Positions 37,758 through 48,310 of a DNA stretch of 64,000 nt are shown here, piece by piece (position 1 is the stretch's first letter; the number at the start of each line of letters is the position of its first letter). The notes beneath the pieces are model-generated. The model saw nothing but the letters and a program-made list of their open reading frames with translations, searched no databases and was not told the DNA's origin. A program made the position numbers and the translations under genes. This DNA comes from an uncultured Gammaproteobacteria bacterium (lineage in GTDB: Bacteria; Patescibacteriota; Microgenomatia; UBA8517), in the NCBI GenBank assembly GCA_964427735.1, contig CAYRUS010000002.1, forward strand, positions 67,734-131,733, given 5' to 3'.

Positions 37758-38429
37758 TTACCTCACGTATTTTGATATAAATTGCAGTCTATGATATTTC
37801 GTTGGTCCATATTGCAAAAGGGCTTGACGGTGTTTTTTTGTGCCATAACCTTTGTTGTTATGCCAGTCAAAATGACTGCATCCGGATAATTTTGACAGCT
37901 CTATCATTTTTTGATCCCTTGTGACTTTTGCTATTATAGAAGCTGCTGCTATAGAAAAACTTTTCCCATCTCCCTTTGAGATTGGTGATTGCGTTATAGT
38001 AACAAGATTTGCATACCTGCTAAGAATTGTGTCAGATATTTCGAAGGCGTCTAAAAGCAGGTGGTCTGGGCGGATTTTATATGTATCGAGTAATTTTTGC
38101 ACTGATCTTGCAAAAGCAGTCTGTGTGGATTTTGTTATTCCGATATTATTAATTTCCTCAGCACTCACCACTCCTACTGCATATCCCAATGCATGATTTT
38201 TTATCCATTCAAAGGCAATATTTCTTTTCTTCTCTGAAAGTTTTTTAGAATCATTAATTAATAATTTTGCATTTACATCAAAAATTGTGTGTGGAGCAAA
38301 AATAACACAACCTGCATATAGTGGTCCTGCAAAACAACCTCTTCCTACTTCATCTATTCCTGCAACTAATAGAGTACCTTTCTTCCAAAGTTGGTATTCC
38401 AAACTCAAATCAGGAAAACTCATATCCAC
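37758..38429 (-). CDS. rnhB: Ribonuclease HII
   Basis: GIDEVGRGCFAGPL...DSKKLSEKKR...SIIAKVTRD. Confidence 0.85.
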   Translation of the reverse strand: MDMSFPDLSLEYQLWKKGTLLVAGIDEVGRGCFAGPLYAGCVIFAPHTIFDVNAKLLINDSKKLSEKKRNIAFEWIKNHALGYAVGVVSAEEINNIGITKSTQTAFARSVQKLLDTYKIRPDHLLLDAFEISDTILSRYANLVTITQSPISKGDGKSFSIAAASIIAKVTRDQKMIELSKLSGCSHFDWHNNKGYGTKKHRQALLQYGPTKYHRLQFISKYVR

Positions 38430-38449
38430 TATCTTACCAAAATTTATTT

Positions 38450-38887
38450 TTATATACCTCTCTCAAGCGAGATTAGCTCAAAAGTGTTAAAAACCTTAGA
38501 CTTTTCTAATTGATCACCTAATTTATAAAAATCCTGATCTATATCTATAATATTTTTGCAAATTATCATAAGCTCTAACCATAAATTGCTTTTACAATAT
38601 TTTCTTATGTTGTCAAATAACAAAGTTCTATCTCTCTGAAAATAAACATTTGATTCTAATCCTAAAATCTCTGAGAAAAACGGATTATCAAACGAAAGTC
38701 TCCTTAGAGTTCCTATATTTCCTGGTGTAATGGAAAAATGATAATAAGGAAAAATTTCAAAAGCTTCCCTACTAAGGTTTTGTTTTCCTTCAATAGCATT
38801 CCAATAAATACTAGAAATCAGCATCTTGAATGTAAGAATTTGAGGTTCTAACTCTGCTAAAGGAGAAATCTTAAAAGAAGACCTCAT
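38450..38887 (-). CDS. Hypothetical protein
   Basis: ORF track. Confidence 0.35.
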   Translation of the reverse strand: MRSSFKISPLAELEPQILTFKMLISSIYWNAIEGKQNLSREAFEIFPYYHFSITPGNIGTLRRLSFDNPFFSEILGLESNVYFQRDRTLLFDNIRKYCKSNLWLELMIICKNIIDIDQDFYKLGDQLEKSKVFNTFELISLERGI

Positions 38888-39149
38888 TTCTAATAGAAGA
38901 ATTCTATCGTTCTCTAGTACTTGCTTTGCATGTTTTATAAAATTTTCAGAATCTACTTTCTAAGCCTGCATTGAATACATAGTACAAATTACTAAAAAAA
39001 TTCTTAATAAGAATAGCAGGGTTATTTGCCATCATAAGAAATCTCATATATATATGCTGATTAACATTTCACTTATAGAAATTTTTCTACTAAAAGGATT
39101 CCTTTCGACCTTAAAACCAGTCATCTTATGGGGTAAAATACCACATCAA

Positions 39150-39707
39150 TTACACCAATTCAATTTCCTGAAGCAACTTGTCTTGATCTTCAAAAGGGAA
39201 ACTTTCTGGATAATACTCAATTAACTTTTGAGCTATCACATACAAATACTGACTTGCTGTATGCCTATCTAGCATTCCAAGGACAATTGCAGATCTCCAG
39301 CGTTGATTTCTGCTAACTAATAAATTAGCAGCATCAACCGGCTGCCATCCCGCTTCAGCAAATTCTTCTACTGCTAATCTATACTGCTCATTTTGATCAA
39401 GCTTTGGATCGTCGTATTCTTTTTCAATTTCAACCAAATAACCAGATTCTCCTACTCCTCTTACATTTTCAATTTTAGATATTGCTTCAAGAACTAATGT
39501 ATGGAGATATTTATAAGCTTTTTCAGATACAGGCTTCGGTTTTCTTTTTTCATCATTCTGATCAACTAGCTGATTGCCTGTTTCTTGTCGTCTTTTTGAA
39601 GGTTTTTGTATTGGCAGATCAATGTCTTCTGCGTCTTCCTCCACAGATCTTATACTAACTTTTGCTTCAATTGTTATTATATATGTTTTACTCTCTGCTG
39701 ATGGCAT
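39150..39707 (-). CDS. Hypothetical protein
   Basis: ORF track. Confidence 0.35.
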   Translation of the reverse strand: MPSAESKTYIITIEAKVSIRSVEEDAEDIDLPIQKPSKRRQETGNQLVDQNDEKRKPKPVSEKAYKYLHTLVLEAISKIENVRGVGESGYLVEIEKEYDDPKLDQNEQYRLAVEEFAEAGWQPVDAANLLVSRNQRWRSAIVLGMLDRHTASQYLYVIAQKLIEYYPESFPFEDQDKLLQEIELV

Positions 39708-39784
39708 AATATCTATAATATCACAAAAGGGGGTGTCCTTTAACCTAAATCTTTTCCATCTTTAAATAAAAATTAAATTTTCAA

Positions 39785-39813
39785 TTGTAAAATTCCCATC
39801 TATCTGGTACAAT
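39785..39813 (+). promoter_or_regulatory. Candidate promoter TTGTAA-17 bp-TGgTACAAT (extended -10) directly upstream of secE. Implies a leaderless or near-leaderless GTG-start transcript.
   Basis: TTGTAA at 39785-39790 and TACAAT at 39808-39813. secE GTG at 39821. Confidence 0.35.
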
Positions 39814-39820
39814 TTGCTGT

Positions 39821-40006
39821 GTGGATAAAGTATTTAATTATCTCACAGATGTTAGATTAGAACTCTCCAAGGTTGTCTGGCCAAGCAAAGAAGAAGTTGT
39901 TAGGCTAACCTTGACAGTTATAATCGTTACAGCAATAGTATCAGGATATATTGGTGCATTGGACTATATATTTGTTAGATTGCTCGAACTGTTTATTTCA
40001 GCTTAA
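39821..40006 (+). CDS. secE: Preprotein translocase subunit SecE (61 aa, single TM)
   Basis: FNYLTDVRLELSKVVWPSKEEVVRLTLTVIIVTAIVSGYIGALD. Canonical position before nusG. Confidence 0.8.
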   Translation: MDKVFNYLTDVRLELSKVVWPSKEEVVRLTLTVIIVTAIVSGYIGALDYIFVRLLELFISA

Positions 40007-40036
40007 CAAAATTTGTCCGAATATAATTAATTTAAA

Positions 40037-40666
40037 ATGGCAGACGAAAACCAAATACAAACTAACCAAGCTGACATATCAGAAAAAGGTACAGGAGGCA
40101 AAAAAGTACAAGGTCATATTGTCATTAATGACAAAAATGACCCAAAAGCAAAATGGTATGTTGTTCATACAATGAGCGGTCACGAAGGTCGTGTTGCCTC
40201 TACTCTAAAACAGAGAGTTGAAACATCTGGATTTGAGGATAGAGTTTTTGAAATTTTAGTTCCTACACAAGATAGAGTGGTAATTCGTGGTGGTAAAAAA
40301 GCTACAGTAAAAGAAAAGATTTTGCCAGGATACATTTTGGTTAAAGCAATTTTAGATGATCAAACATATACAACAGTCCGAACAACTCCAGGGATAACAG
40401 CATTTGCAGGTATCGGTAATAAACCTTCTCCTTTAAACGAAAAGGAAGTTGAAAATATAATGAATTTTATTTCCACTCCTGCAAAGAGATTTAAAACTAA
40501 ATTCTCTATTGGTGAGGCAGTTAAAATTGTAGACGGTCCATTCTCAGACTTCTTGGGTACAATTAATGAATTAGACGAAGAGAAAGGAAAAGTTAAGGTA
40601 CTTGTTTCTATTTTTGGAAGAGAAACCCCTGTAGAATTAGACTTCCTCCAGATACAAAAGGTTTAA
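40037..40666 (+). CDS. nusG: Transcription termination/antitermination factor NusG with an ~35-aa N-terminal extension
   Basis: NGN WYVVHTMSGHEGRVASTLKQR and KOW GEAVKIVDGPFSDFLGTINELDEEKGKVKVLVSIFGRETPVELDFLQIQKV. Confidence 0.85.
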   Translation: MADENQIQTNQADISEKGTGGKKVQGHIVINDKNDPKAKWYVVHTMSGHEGRVASTLKQRVETSGFEDRVFEILVPTQDRVVIRGGKKATVKEKILPGYILVKAILDDQTYTTVRTTPGITAFAGIGNKPSPLNEKEVENIMNFISTPAKRFKTKFSIGEAVKIVDGPFSDFLGTINELDEEKGKVKVLVSIFGRETPVELDFLQIQKV

Positions 40667-40742
40667 AATTAAAAACTAAAAAGACCTGAATTATTGAAAG
40701 GAACTATCCTTAATTCTAAAATTTATTCTATTATTATACTTT

Positions 40743-41240
40743 TTATACCTTATTTTGAAGAACTCCATCTACCACCAATAGGAGTTCTTTGAGGAGTCTT
40801 ACCGGACTTGTATTAACTTCCCAAGCAAGTCCTTCATTATTAGTTCTCTCTAAGATTCTTCTTCCTTCAACTTTTGAAGCTTCCTCCAAAGCCTTTCTTT
40901 CATACTCTCCTAATAACAGTGGATACACATACTCTTCCACACTTTTTCCAAAATAATGATCAAATTCGTGTGGTGGAATATATCTACCTTGAGTTCTTTC
41001 CTCTGCCTCTCTTCTTGCCTCCATAGCACAAAGCCTCAATTTATTGGCAAGCATTTGCCGTCTGTTTTGTGCGTAATCCGGCAGTGTATTGAGTAATTTA
41101 GTGTATGCAGGACCAAGCACTCTCACAACTGTGTTATTTCCTCCTGCTTCTGCATTTGTTTCATTATTTATAGCTGTATCAAGTGCTAAAATAATCTCTT
41201 GTGCTGTTTCGATTGGTGGTTTTTCTGCTTGAGAATCCAT
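40743..41240 (-). CDS. Hypothetical protein
   Basis: ORF track. Confidence 0.35.
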   Translation of the reverse strand: MDSQAEKPPIETAQEIILALDTAINNETNAEAGGNNTVVRVLGPAYTKLLNTLPDYAQNRRQMLANKLRLCAMEARREAEERTQGRYIPPHEFDHYFGKSVEEYVYPLLLGEYERKALEEASKVEGRRILERTNNEGLAWEVNTSPVRLLKELLLVVDGVLQNKV

Positions 41241-41400
41241 AATATGTTATTTTAGCATATTTATTTTTTACTTAAATGTTAGGAGTTTTCCTCTGATATA
41301 GAAAGGTTGTTCCCTTTACTAAAAGTACTTATAATCCTTGATTCTTTACAGTTTTATTTTCTATTACCAACTATCTTCAGAGAAACCTAGTAGAAAAAGA

Positions 41401-42405
41401 TTAAAAACCAAAAAAACCTGAATTATTAAGCCATTCTAAATCAGGATGATCTGGTTTTTTATCTTTAGCTCGGTTGTAAGAATTGTTTAACTCTCTAATT
41501 TGCCCCACATCCGTAACAGCAGGATATTCAATGTTTACATTTTCTTTAGAAAACTGTGCTGCAAATTCACTAGCTATTACTCTGCTAGCTTCAAGAAATA
41601 ACTTCAATTTTTCTTTTAGATGGGGGTCCTCTGTCGACAAATAAAGACGATCCGTCTCATTAGTTACGTTTATAAACATCCCTGGCTTACCGGGAAAATA
41701 TCCGCCTCCAAAAAAATCACCTTCTTCAGAAAAATACTCACTGTTTGATTGAAGTACTGTTTCCCACTGATTATCAGGACCCAAATCTAATTCAAGGTCT
41801 AATTCTACCCCATTTGAAGTTAGCTTAAATGGTAATACTTTTCTATTAATATTTGTTTCTTTGTCAAGAACATCAGTCATGCCTTCCATTTTTATAGATA
41901 TATTCTCTTCCTCAAGTTTTTTAGCAACTTTGGCAAAAGCATTTGGAACATCTTCATCTAGGTTAAAATATCCAGCTTTTGTACTATCAAAAAGGAAAAA
42001 CATCGGTAACAGTAATCTTTTATTTTGTAAAACCTCATCTAGATGCATCCTTCCAACAGTAAAATATCCACCCCAGCTCTTAGGAGCAGGCACTCTTTCT
42101 TCCATAGGACCAAACAAAACGTTTTCCAAAGAAAATATATAACCAGGATAACGAAAATTTCCTGTGGCTCCAGACGCAATCAAATAATCACCAGTACCAG
42201 AGAGCATTGTCAAAATATATTTATCATCATCGTCCACAAAATCGTCTTCTTCAGATTCTTCATACAAATCCTCAATTGCTTCCCTTACAAGCTCATCAGC
42301 AAACTCCAACAAGGTATCTATGGTAGAACCAAGTGAATCCTCATTCTCTTTATCACCATCTTCTACTATCGGTTGGTTTTTTGAAATTTCAGAGTTACTA
42401 TCCAT
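41401..42405 (-). CDS. Hypothetical acidic protein
   Basis: ORF track. Confidence 0.4.
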   Translation of the reverse strand: MDSNSEISKNQPIVEDGDKENEDSLGSTIDTLLEFADELVREAIEDLYEESEEDDFVDDDDKYILTMLSGTGDYLIASGATGNFRYPGYIFSLENVLFGPMEERVPAPKSWGGYFTVGRMHLDEVLQNKRLLLPMFFLFDSTKAGYFNLDEDVPNAFAKVAKKLEEENISIKMEGMTDVLDKETNINRKVLPFKLTSNGVELDLELDLGPDNQWETVLQSNSEYFSEEGDFFGGGYFPGKPGMFINVTNETDRLYLSTEDPHLKEKLKLFLEASRVIASEFAAQFSKENVNIEYPAVTDVGQIRELNNSYNRAKDKKPDHPDLEWLNNSGFFGF

Positions 42406-42465
42406 GATTATATTTTATACCCTATCTTGAAAAAATTTACCATCAAAAGAAGATCCTTGAGCCGG

Positions 42466-42786
42466 TCAATTATTATCAATATCGTCTTTTTTTTGTAATT
42501 CTGACCAAATACCCAAAAGTAAACTTTGTGCAGCGTGATCCACATTGTCATCTTTTACATATTCTGGTCTGAATGCAGCTTCTGATAATACTCGTAGCAG
42601 TTTATCTGGATCATGTAAAATTTCATTAATCGTCCACTTTCTTCCCCCTTCTTGAGGAGTATTTACTCTTCTTTTTATTTCTTGTAGAAATATCAAAAAT
42701 GCAGCAGTAGTTACTTCTCTTTGCCTTAGATATTCCTCATCAGTTGGAAATCTTTCTTTTCTTTTAAAAATTCTTTCTAACATCAT
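42466..42786 (-). CDS. Hypothetical protein
   Basis: ORF track. Confidence 0.3.
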   Translation of the reverse strand: MMLERIFKRKERFPTDEEYLRQREVTTAAFLIFLQEIKRRVNTPQEGGRKWTINEILHDPDKLLRVLSEAAFRPEYVKDDNVDHAAQSLLLGIWSELQKKDDIDNN

Positions 42787-42803
42787 TATCCCTTTTTAGA
42801 TAT

Positions 42804-43490
42804 TTATATTTGAATACTATATGTATTGTTCTCAATAAGCTCAGCTGCGAAATCTCTATACATAGGTCCGGGATTTGTGTTTGTAATTAAATTTAAAGTC
42901 TTATTCTGAGTAACAAAATACATAACAACAGGGAAACGTGGCATTTCTGCCTTTGCACTTATGATTTCAGAAAAAAACGATGGTGGATATTTCCCTTTCC
43001 GACCAATACTAAATAGTTCACAAAGTCTCTTCTTGGCTTTTTCGGTACAATCGTCCTCCGGATAGTCAACTCGCACAACAACAGAAGCAGTCATATGAGG
43101 AAATACTCCTCTTGAAAGATTATAAACTTCTGCAGAAAGTAAGTGAGTCAAATTTTCCGGATATTTATCTGCCGATGGTATATACAGTCTTTGTTTATCG
43201 TTTAAGCTACTTGAGTATTGGTCAACAAACTGAGTATAGCTATCAACACCACGACCTTCGAGTAAATTCCTTTTAGATAACAACAAAATGTCATGTGCTA
43301 TAGTATCAATATAGCCTTCCTCAGCAGTGTTTGGATTTGGTAACAAATAATCACCAACTATAGCTTTTTTCCTTTTTAAAAAATTTAAAACATGCTTCTC
43401 AGCTTTAAAAAGCGTCAAACTACTTGACTTTGACAAACGTACACAGACATTTAAAGGATACGAGCTCATCCATAAAGAAGTCACGACCAT
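42804..43490 (-). CDS. Hypothetical protein
   Basis: ORF track. Confidence 0.35.
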   Translation of the reverse strand: MVVTSLWMSSYPLNVCVRLSKSSSLTLFKAEKHVLNFLKRKKAIVGDYLLPNPNTAEEGYIDTIAHDILLLSKRNLLEGRGVDSYTQFVDQYSSSLNDKQRLYIPSADKYPENLTHLLSAEVYNLSRGVFPHMTASVVVRVDYPEDDCTEKAKKRLCELFSIGRKGKYPPSFFSEIISAKAEMPRFPVVMYFVTQNKTLNLITNTNPGPMYRDFAAELIENNTYSIQI

Positions 43491-43616
43491 AGTCTGTCTG
43501 GCGTTCCAAACTCGAATAAAAGCGAGTTAATTCAGAATCTAAGTAGGACAACTCCCTCTCAACACCAATGTTATTTATTATATCTTTCTTCATAAGTTTG
43601 TTTCATTACTTTTATT

Positions 43617-44258
43617 TTACTCAGATAAGTTCCAGCCTAATGAGTGTACTTTTTTAATTCGTCCTTCCCGCCATTGACAAGTAATTGCGGGTATAAAGTT
43701 GCTTCCTACTCCGACAAACACAGGAATAACTGGAAATTCAGGAAAATTTTTAGTCCAATAAAGTATCGAATCTTTAGGGCTGTAATCAGAATAAAAACCA
43801 ATATTTAAATAATGTTCTAAATCCTGCTGTCGACTTACTCCTTCTCCATTGTCTGTGAGGTTTATAATTGCGTAAGGGACTACTTTTGGCAACATAGCTT
43901 GTGATAAATCAAATACTTTTCTTGATAGTGTTGGCTTAGGGCGGGTTCTCCCTGTTTCTGCTTCAATTTTACGTATCAGTTCCTCCCTGCTTTTTAAATC
44001 GTTGCTTAAACTAATAAGTTCTGCACAGTATTCCTCATATGATTTTTGATTTCTACGTTTCAACAACCTTGCCTCTGCTTCTAGCAGCAGTTGTATAGCA
44101 GGTTTTTCAGCTGTTAAGTTGTTGTCTGGAATTTCAAATCGAAACGCTTCTATAGATTTATTTTCATTAAGAGAGTAAATTATTTGGTCAATTACAATTT
44201 GTTGCCATTCTCCTCTAAATCGCTCTGGTAAACTAAGTATTAAACCTGCTCCATCCAC
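43617..44258 (-). CDS. Hypothetical protein with a GTG start
   Basis: ORF track. Confidence 0.35.
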   Translation of the reverse strand: MDGAGLILSLPERFRGEWQQIVIDQIIYSLNENKSIEAFRFEIPDNNLTAEKPAIQLLLEAEARLLKRRNQKSYEEYCAELISLSNDLKSREELIRKIEAETGRTRPKPTLSRKVFDLSQAMLPKVVPYAIINLTDNGEGVSRQQDLEHYLNIGFYSDYSPKDSILYWTKNFPEFPVIPVFVGVGSNFIPAITCQWREGRIKKVHSLGWNLSE

Positions 44259-44505
44259 TCCACCAAAATAATTTGGATTAGCAGCATCTGAGGCTTAATG
44301 AACTATTCTGCCGACAGATAGCGATATTTCACTATCATCTTTTTCTGACCATGGATGGTTATACCTTTCTTCTATCATAATTCATTAGATTCTCATAAAT
44401 AAGACAGTTCATTTCTATTTTTTAGCTCTTTACTCATAATTACAGTATTTTTATCTTTGATAATATCTATATCTATCAATAAAATTGACAAATTGAATCA
44501 ATTAT

Positions 44506-44859
44506 TTATTTTTGCTCGGCTTGTATCCTTTCTAAATCTTGTCTAAGTTGTCTGATTTGCTTAGCTGCCCCAAGCTGATCAACCCCTGAATTTAACAGTT
44601 GTAGGTTTAACTCATATAATTGTTCTTCTGGTTTTATATACTCATACATCCCCTTACTAGTATTATAAGTTATTCCTGATAGCTTCATAGCCAACTCCTT
44701 TTTCATAACTTGTGCCCAAGGGGGTAATTGATTTATTTCTTTCTGGTCTCTGAACACCACGGTAGTTCCCCCATCATTATTTGTTACAAGTTCTGCAGCT
44801 GGTTCAACTTCCCTCATATAGAGAGAGATTAAGTCAGGATCACAAGATCGTCGTTCCAT
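44506..44859 (-). CDS. Hypothetical protein
   Basis: ORF track. Confidence 0.3.
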   Translation of the reverse strand: MERRSCDPDLISLYMREVEPAAELVTNNDGGTTVVFRDQKEINQLPPWAQVMKKELAMKLSGITYNTSKGMYEYIKPEEQLYELNLQLLNSGVDQLGAAKQIRQLRQDLERIQAEQK

Positions 44860-44904
44860 CTTTTATCCCCCTCCTTTTGACAATTCTATTAGCAATAATT
44901 ACAT

Positions 44905-45705
44905 TCAATCTTTGTTCACAACAAATTCGCTATCAATCACAATCGAACCAGGTGCGCATAGACTAAATTTGGCCAACATCCAATTCATTAATTCTTCCGC
45001 TTCCTGACGTTCAAATCCAGTCATTTCCATTAGATCTTCTACTTCGAAATGATCACTAGAATTTCCTTCTTCATCAGGAAAACTTCTGGATACAATATCC
45101 CTTACAACATTCTTTACTCGGGGATCGGCAGAAGAATCTTTCATCATCCATACCAACGAAAAGCAAACTTGATCACCAAATTCAATAATTGGATCGAGAT
45201 CTCTAATTGCATTTTCTACACCCTCTGGATTATTTCTACAATCTCTTTCTATTTCTAACATTTTGTCACGAATTGGAAATTCTGTTGGTGGTGAAGTCTC
45301 GTAACGAAAACAGTGAAGGATCGTCCCCATACGTTTCTGTGCTCTTGCTGAGCGTAGTGGGTCACCACTTATGTTTGCCTCCGTTAACCAGCGATCAAAA
45401 AATTTCATCAGAGTCGGAATAACTCTTCTGGGTGGGTCTCCTCTCTCACCAGTTACCCATTGTGCGAAATTTTGTAAATTTTTATAACTTCCAGATTGAG
45501 ATGCGTTTGACCCCATGACTTCAACTATGTTATTAATGTGTGCAGCAAACCTTTTTTCAGGAGAAACGTCTGTCTGTAATTCTACTTGCGGATAATTCAC
45601 ACGAATGAACGGAGCCAAATGATCCATCATTGCTCCTTTAAACCCTTCTACAGTCAAAATTACTTCTTGTCCTTCTTCGGAATCTTGTCTTTCTGCTTTT
45701 GACAT
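44905..45705 (-). CDS. Hypothetical protein
   Basis: ORF track. Confidence 0.4.
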   Translation of the reverse strand: MSKAERQDSEEGQEVILTVEGFKGAMMDHLAPFIRVNYPQVELQTDVSPEKRFAAHINNIVEVMGSNASQSGSYKNLQNFAQWVTGERGDPPRRVIPTLMKFFDRWLTEANISGDPLRSARAQKRMGTILHCFRYETSPPTEFPIRDKMLEIERDCRNNPEGVENAIRDLDPIIEFGDQVCFSLVWMMKDSSADPRVKNVVRDIVSRSFPDEEGNSSDHFEVEDLMEMTGFERQEAEELMNWMLAKFSLCAPGSIVIDSEFVVNKD

Positions 45706-45877
45706 ATTTTTAACTTAAAAAAACAACCTGATATTCTGAGTTATCTCGCATGATTTTCTTCATCAGTAGTGAAAGAATCGGCAGTGTTGGCAAAAGATAC
45801 TTCAACACGCTCTGTATCTTTTCGTCTTTCCATATTCAACATTATAGGGCAATGGTGATATAATATCTGGACGTTAA

Positions 45878-46900
45878 ATGGACAAAATACCCACAACTAC
45901 ATTCACCTGGAGTCCAGATACAGAAGTAGACAGAGTGCTGGTTACAGCACGGTCAATTTACAATAATTTCTATCCGGACAATAAATTTGTCATTCTTCCC
46001 AATCTAGATAGCCCGGGAGATGCTTCACGAGTAGTATTTCCGGATCTTGAGTACAGCAAAATCGACAATTTCTGGGAAAATATCGGAATACTTAAAAATG
46101 ATATCCCAATAAAAGCCCCACCAGATCTTTTTCGTAAACTTAATAAACTTCTTAAACCACAAATTAAAAATATAGATAATAAACTCGTTAAATCAAAAAA
46201 TACTCAATGGAATAAAAAGCACTATGAATATTGGCAATTTATCGAAAGTATTTTCCCAAATGAAATTAAGATTATCGAGAGCATCGAAGTAAGAATGACA
46301 AATTACGGTACTATATCATCAATATCCTTGATCAAAGGTGACAAACCGCAAAAGCTGGTGGTTTATCTCAGGCAGGATGCAAATATCTCCCACATTGCCT
46401 CCTCTATAATAATTAAAATTTTACTTCATCACACTTCTTTTGAAAAATACAGTTGGCGAGAAAGAATGGGAATTGCAGACTTTCTTATGAACAACACAAA
46501 ACTAAAAGACCTATTTCCAGATCATCAACATATTATAAATGCTCTTGATAATGTCAAAGATAATAATTTCAACAAAAGCAAAGTATATTTAAACAAACTT
46601 AACGTTAAATTCAAAGTAAAGCCTCTAGGACTAATTGATAATAAAATTTATAGTAACGGAGCCAACATCGAGTCAATTTTTACAAAAAGAGAAAAAAGAA
46701 TAATGAAAGAGCTATTGCATCATCAAAAAATAATTGGCTTTGATGAGGTTGCAGATATTCTATGGAGAAACGAAGAAGACTACTCTCTCTGGGCAATGAA
46801 TAAGGCAATGCAAAGAATCAGAAAAAAATTAGTAGAGATAGGTTTACCTGAAAATTCACTCGTAACAAAAAGAAAACAAGGTTATTATTTAAACATTTGA
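45878..46900 (+). CDS. Putative transcriptional regulator with a C-terminal OmpR/PhoB-type winged-helix DNA-binding domain, an N-terminal ~230-aa domain of unknown function, and no receiver domain
   Basis: C-terminal FTKREKRIMKELLHHQKIIGFDEVADILWRNEEDYSLWAMNKAMQRIRKKLVEIGLPENSLVTKRKQGYYL matches the trans_reg_C pattern (LT.KEF.LL..L..........E.L...W.........AL...I.RLRKKL......I.TVRG.GY.L). Confidence 0.6.
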   Translation: MDKIPTTTFTWSPDTEVDRVLVTARSIYNNFYPDNKFVILPNLDSPGDASRVVFPDLEYSKIDNFWENIGILKNDIPIKAPPDLFRKLNKLLKPQIKNIDNKLVKSKNTQWNKKHYEYWQFIESIFPNEIKIIESIEVRMTNYGTISSISLIKGDKPQKLVVYLRQDANISHIASSIIIKILLHHTSFEKYSWRERMGIADFLMNNTKLKDLFPDHQHIINALDNVKDNNFNKSKVYLNKLNVKFKVKPLGLIDNKIYSNGANIESIFTKREKRIMKELLHHQKIIGFDEVADILWRNEEDYSLWAMNKAMQRIRKKLVEIGLPENSLVTKRKQGYYLNI

Positions 46901-47463
46901 TATTTTGTTACAATTACTTTGCTTTCTTCTGTGAGTGATACTTTTCTAGGAGACATAGATCTAATAAAATCAAGTTGCTGAGAATTTGTTTGTAATTTGC
47001 CGGAAAAAGTAATTTGGGCAACAGGAGCAGTTTTACAGTTTAATACAACTTTTCCATCTTCTTTTTTGGAAACCTCTTCAACTCTGGCTATTTCTATCAA
47101 AGCCGGTACATAGCCTTTACTATTAAAGCTAGATGCTTCATATAACCATAAAAGAAACATATATTGATCTTCTCTGAATCTTTCATCAGCACCCTTAATC
47201 ACTAATTCTTCAACCAAAGGTTTAAATAACTCAGATTTTGGTCTATCCCAAAAATCATATTCTTTAACTTGCTTTTCAATGTCATTTTCACTGTAAAATT
47301 TGGCTACTTTAGAAGCAATCTCCAAACCTTCATCTTGCATTCTGTTAACATCATTAGAAACAAGCTGATTATCCAAATAAACAAAGGCTGTAATTACGTT
47401 TAAATTAAATGCAATACGATTTTGCTCTGTGATCTTTTGTCTATTTATTCTTTTCTCAACCAT
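46885..47463 (-). CDS. Hypothetical protein
   Basis: ORF track. Overlaps the upstream gene by 8 nt, so it is translationally coupled. Confidence 0.4.
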   Translation of the reverse strand: MVEKRINRQKITEQNRIAFNLNVITAFVYLDNQLVSNDVNRMQDEGLEIASKVAKFYSENDIEKQVKEYDFWDRPKSELFKPLVEELVIKGADERFREDQYMFLLWLYEASSFNSKGYVPALIEIARVEEVSKKEDGKVVLNCKTAPVAQITFSGKLQTNSQQLDFIRSMSPRKVSLTEESKVIVTKYQMFK

Positions 47464-48265
47464 TGATTTTTACAGGCACTTCTATGTACCATTCCTCTTT
47501 ATCAGACTCATACGAAAGTTTATATTGTTTTTGTTCTCTTTGTAACGAAAACCCCAATCCTTCTACATATTCTTTGTTACCAAAATAACTTTTACGCGTT
47601 GGTTTTACTATTAGTGCCCTGGTCACGCTCAGATCCTTCGTAAATTTTTCAAGCATTTTACTAGTTGTAGATCCTGCAAATTCTTCTCCATATAAATAAA
47701 GATGAGGCATTATTTTTGTACTCTGGGTATACGCATATGCTGTTGAAGTACTTTCTTTGTAATTTCCAATATCTGATAGTTCTTCTGTAGTTACTGCCAC
47801 ATCAAATCCCACTGTTGTGCCAATCATATTAAATCTAACACTTATTGGACGAGAAAACTTTTTTGAATCTTTTACTACTCCTGAATAGCTTACGCTCATT
47901 GGTTTAGCTAATAATACTCCGTCAAGTTTTTCAAGTTTTCTTTCAACAACTATCAGACCTAATGAATTGGAAAGATCTTGTTTTAATCTATCTGCTTCTG
48001 ATACATAACCTGCGAATACAATGGGGAGTACATCTCTATGCATAACTGCCTGCCAATGCAAGCTTGTGAATTTCATCCTGTTAGCTAATTCCCTACTTAA
48101 AGGCTTTGATGTTATTTGGTAGAGCTCTTCTGACAGTTCATCCGTTGTTAGGTTTACACGCGTAAACTCTGCAAGGCCTTCAAATTCACGGTAATGAATA
48201 TTTATGAATTGCTCGACTTCACTTCCTGCCCTAAACCGATTTCTAATATCAAGTCTTTCTGTCAC
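47456..48265 (-). CDS. Hypothetical protein
   Basis: ORF track. Confidence 0.4.
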   Translation of the reverse strand: MTERLDIRNRFRAGSEVEQFINIHYREFEGLAEFTRVNLTTDELSEELYQITSKPLSRELANRMKFTSLHWQAVMHRDVLPIVFAGYVSEADRLKQDLSNSLGLIVVERKLEKLDGVLLAKPMSVSYSGVVKDSKKFSRPISVRFNMIGTTVGFDVAVTTEELSDIGNYKESTSTAYAYTQSTKIMPHLYLYGEEFAGSTTSKMLEKFTKDLSVTRALIVKPTRKSYFGNKEYVEGLGFSLQREQKQYKLSYESDKEEWYIEVPVKING

Positions 48266-48310
48266 AGAAGCTAGGATAGCTCAACCCTTTTGATTAAGTC
48301 AAGCTAATTA

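Noticed and set aside
39951-40175. 74-aa + strand ORF overlapping the secE end and nusG start
   Set aside because: Out of frame with two conserved genes (secE, nusG) that fully explain the region.
44259-44390. Short in-frame upstream ORF (MIEERYNHPWSEKDDSEISLSVGRIVH*) separated by a TAA from the GTG start of 43617..44258, as a possible disrupted N-terminus
   Set aside because: Only 27 codons, no homology support, and a clean stop. Most likely a chance ORF in the intergenic region.
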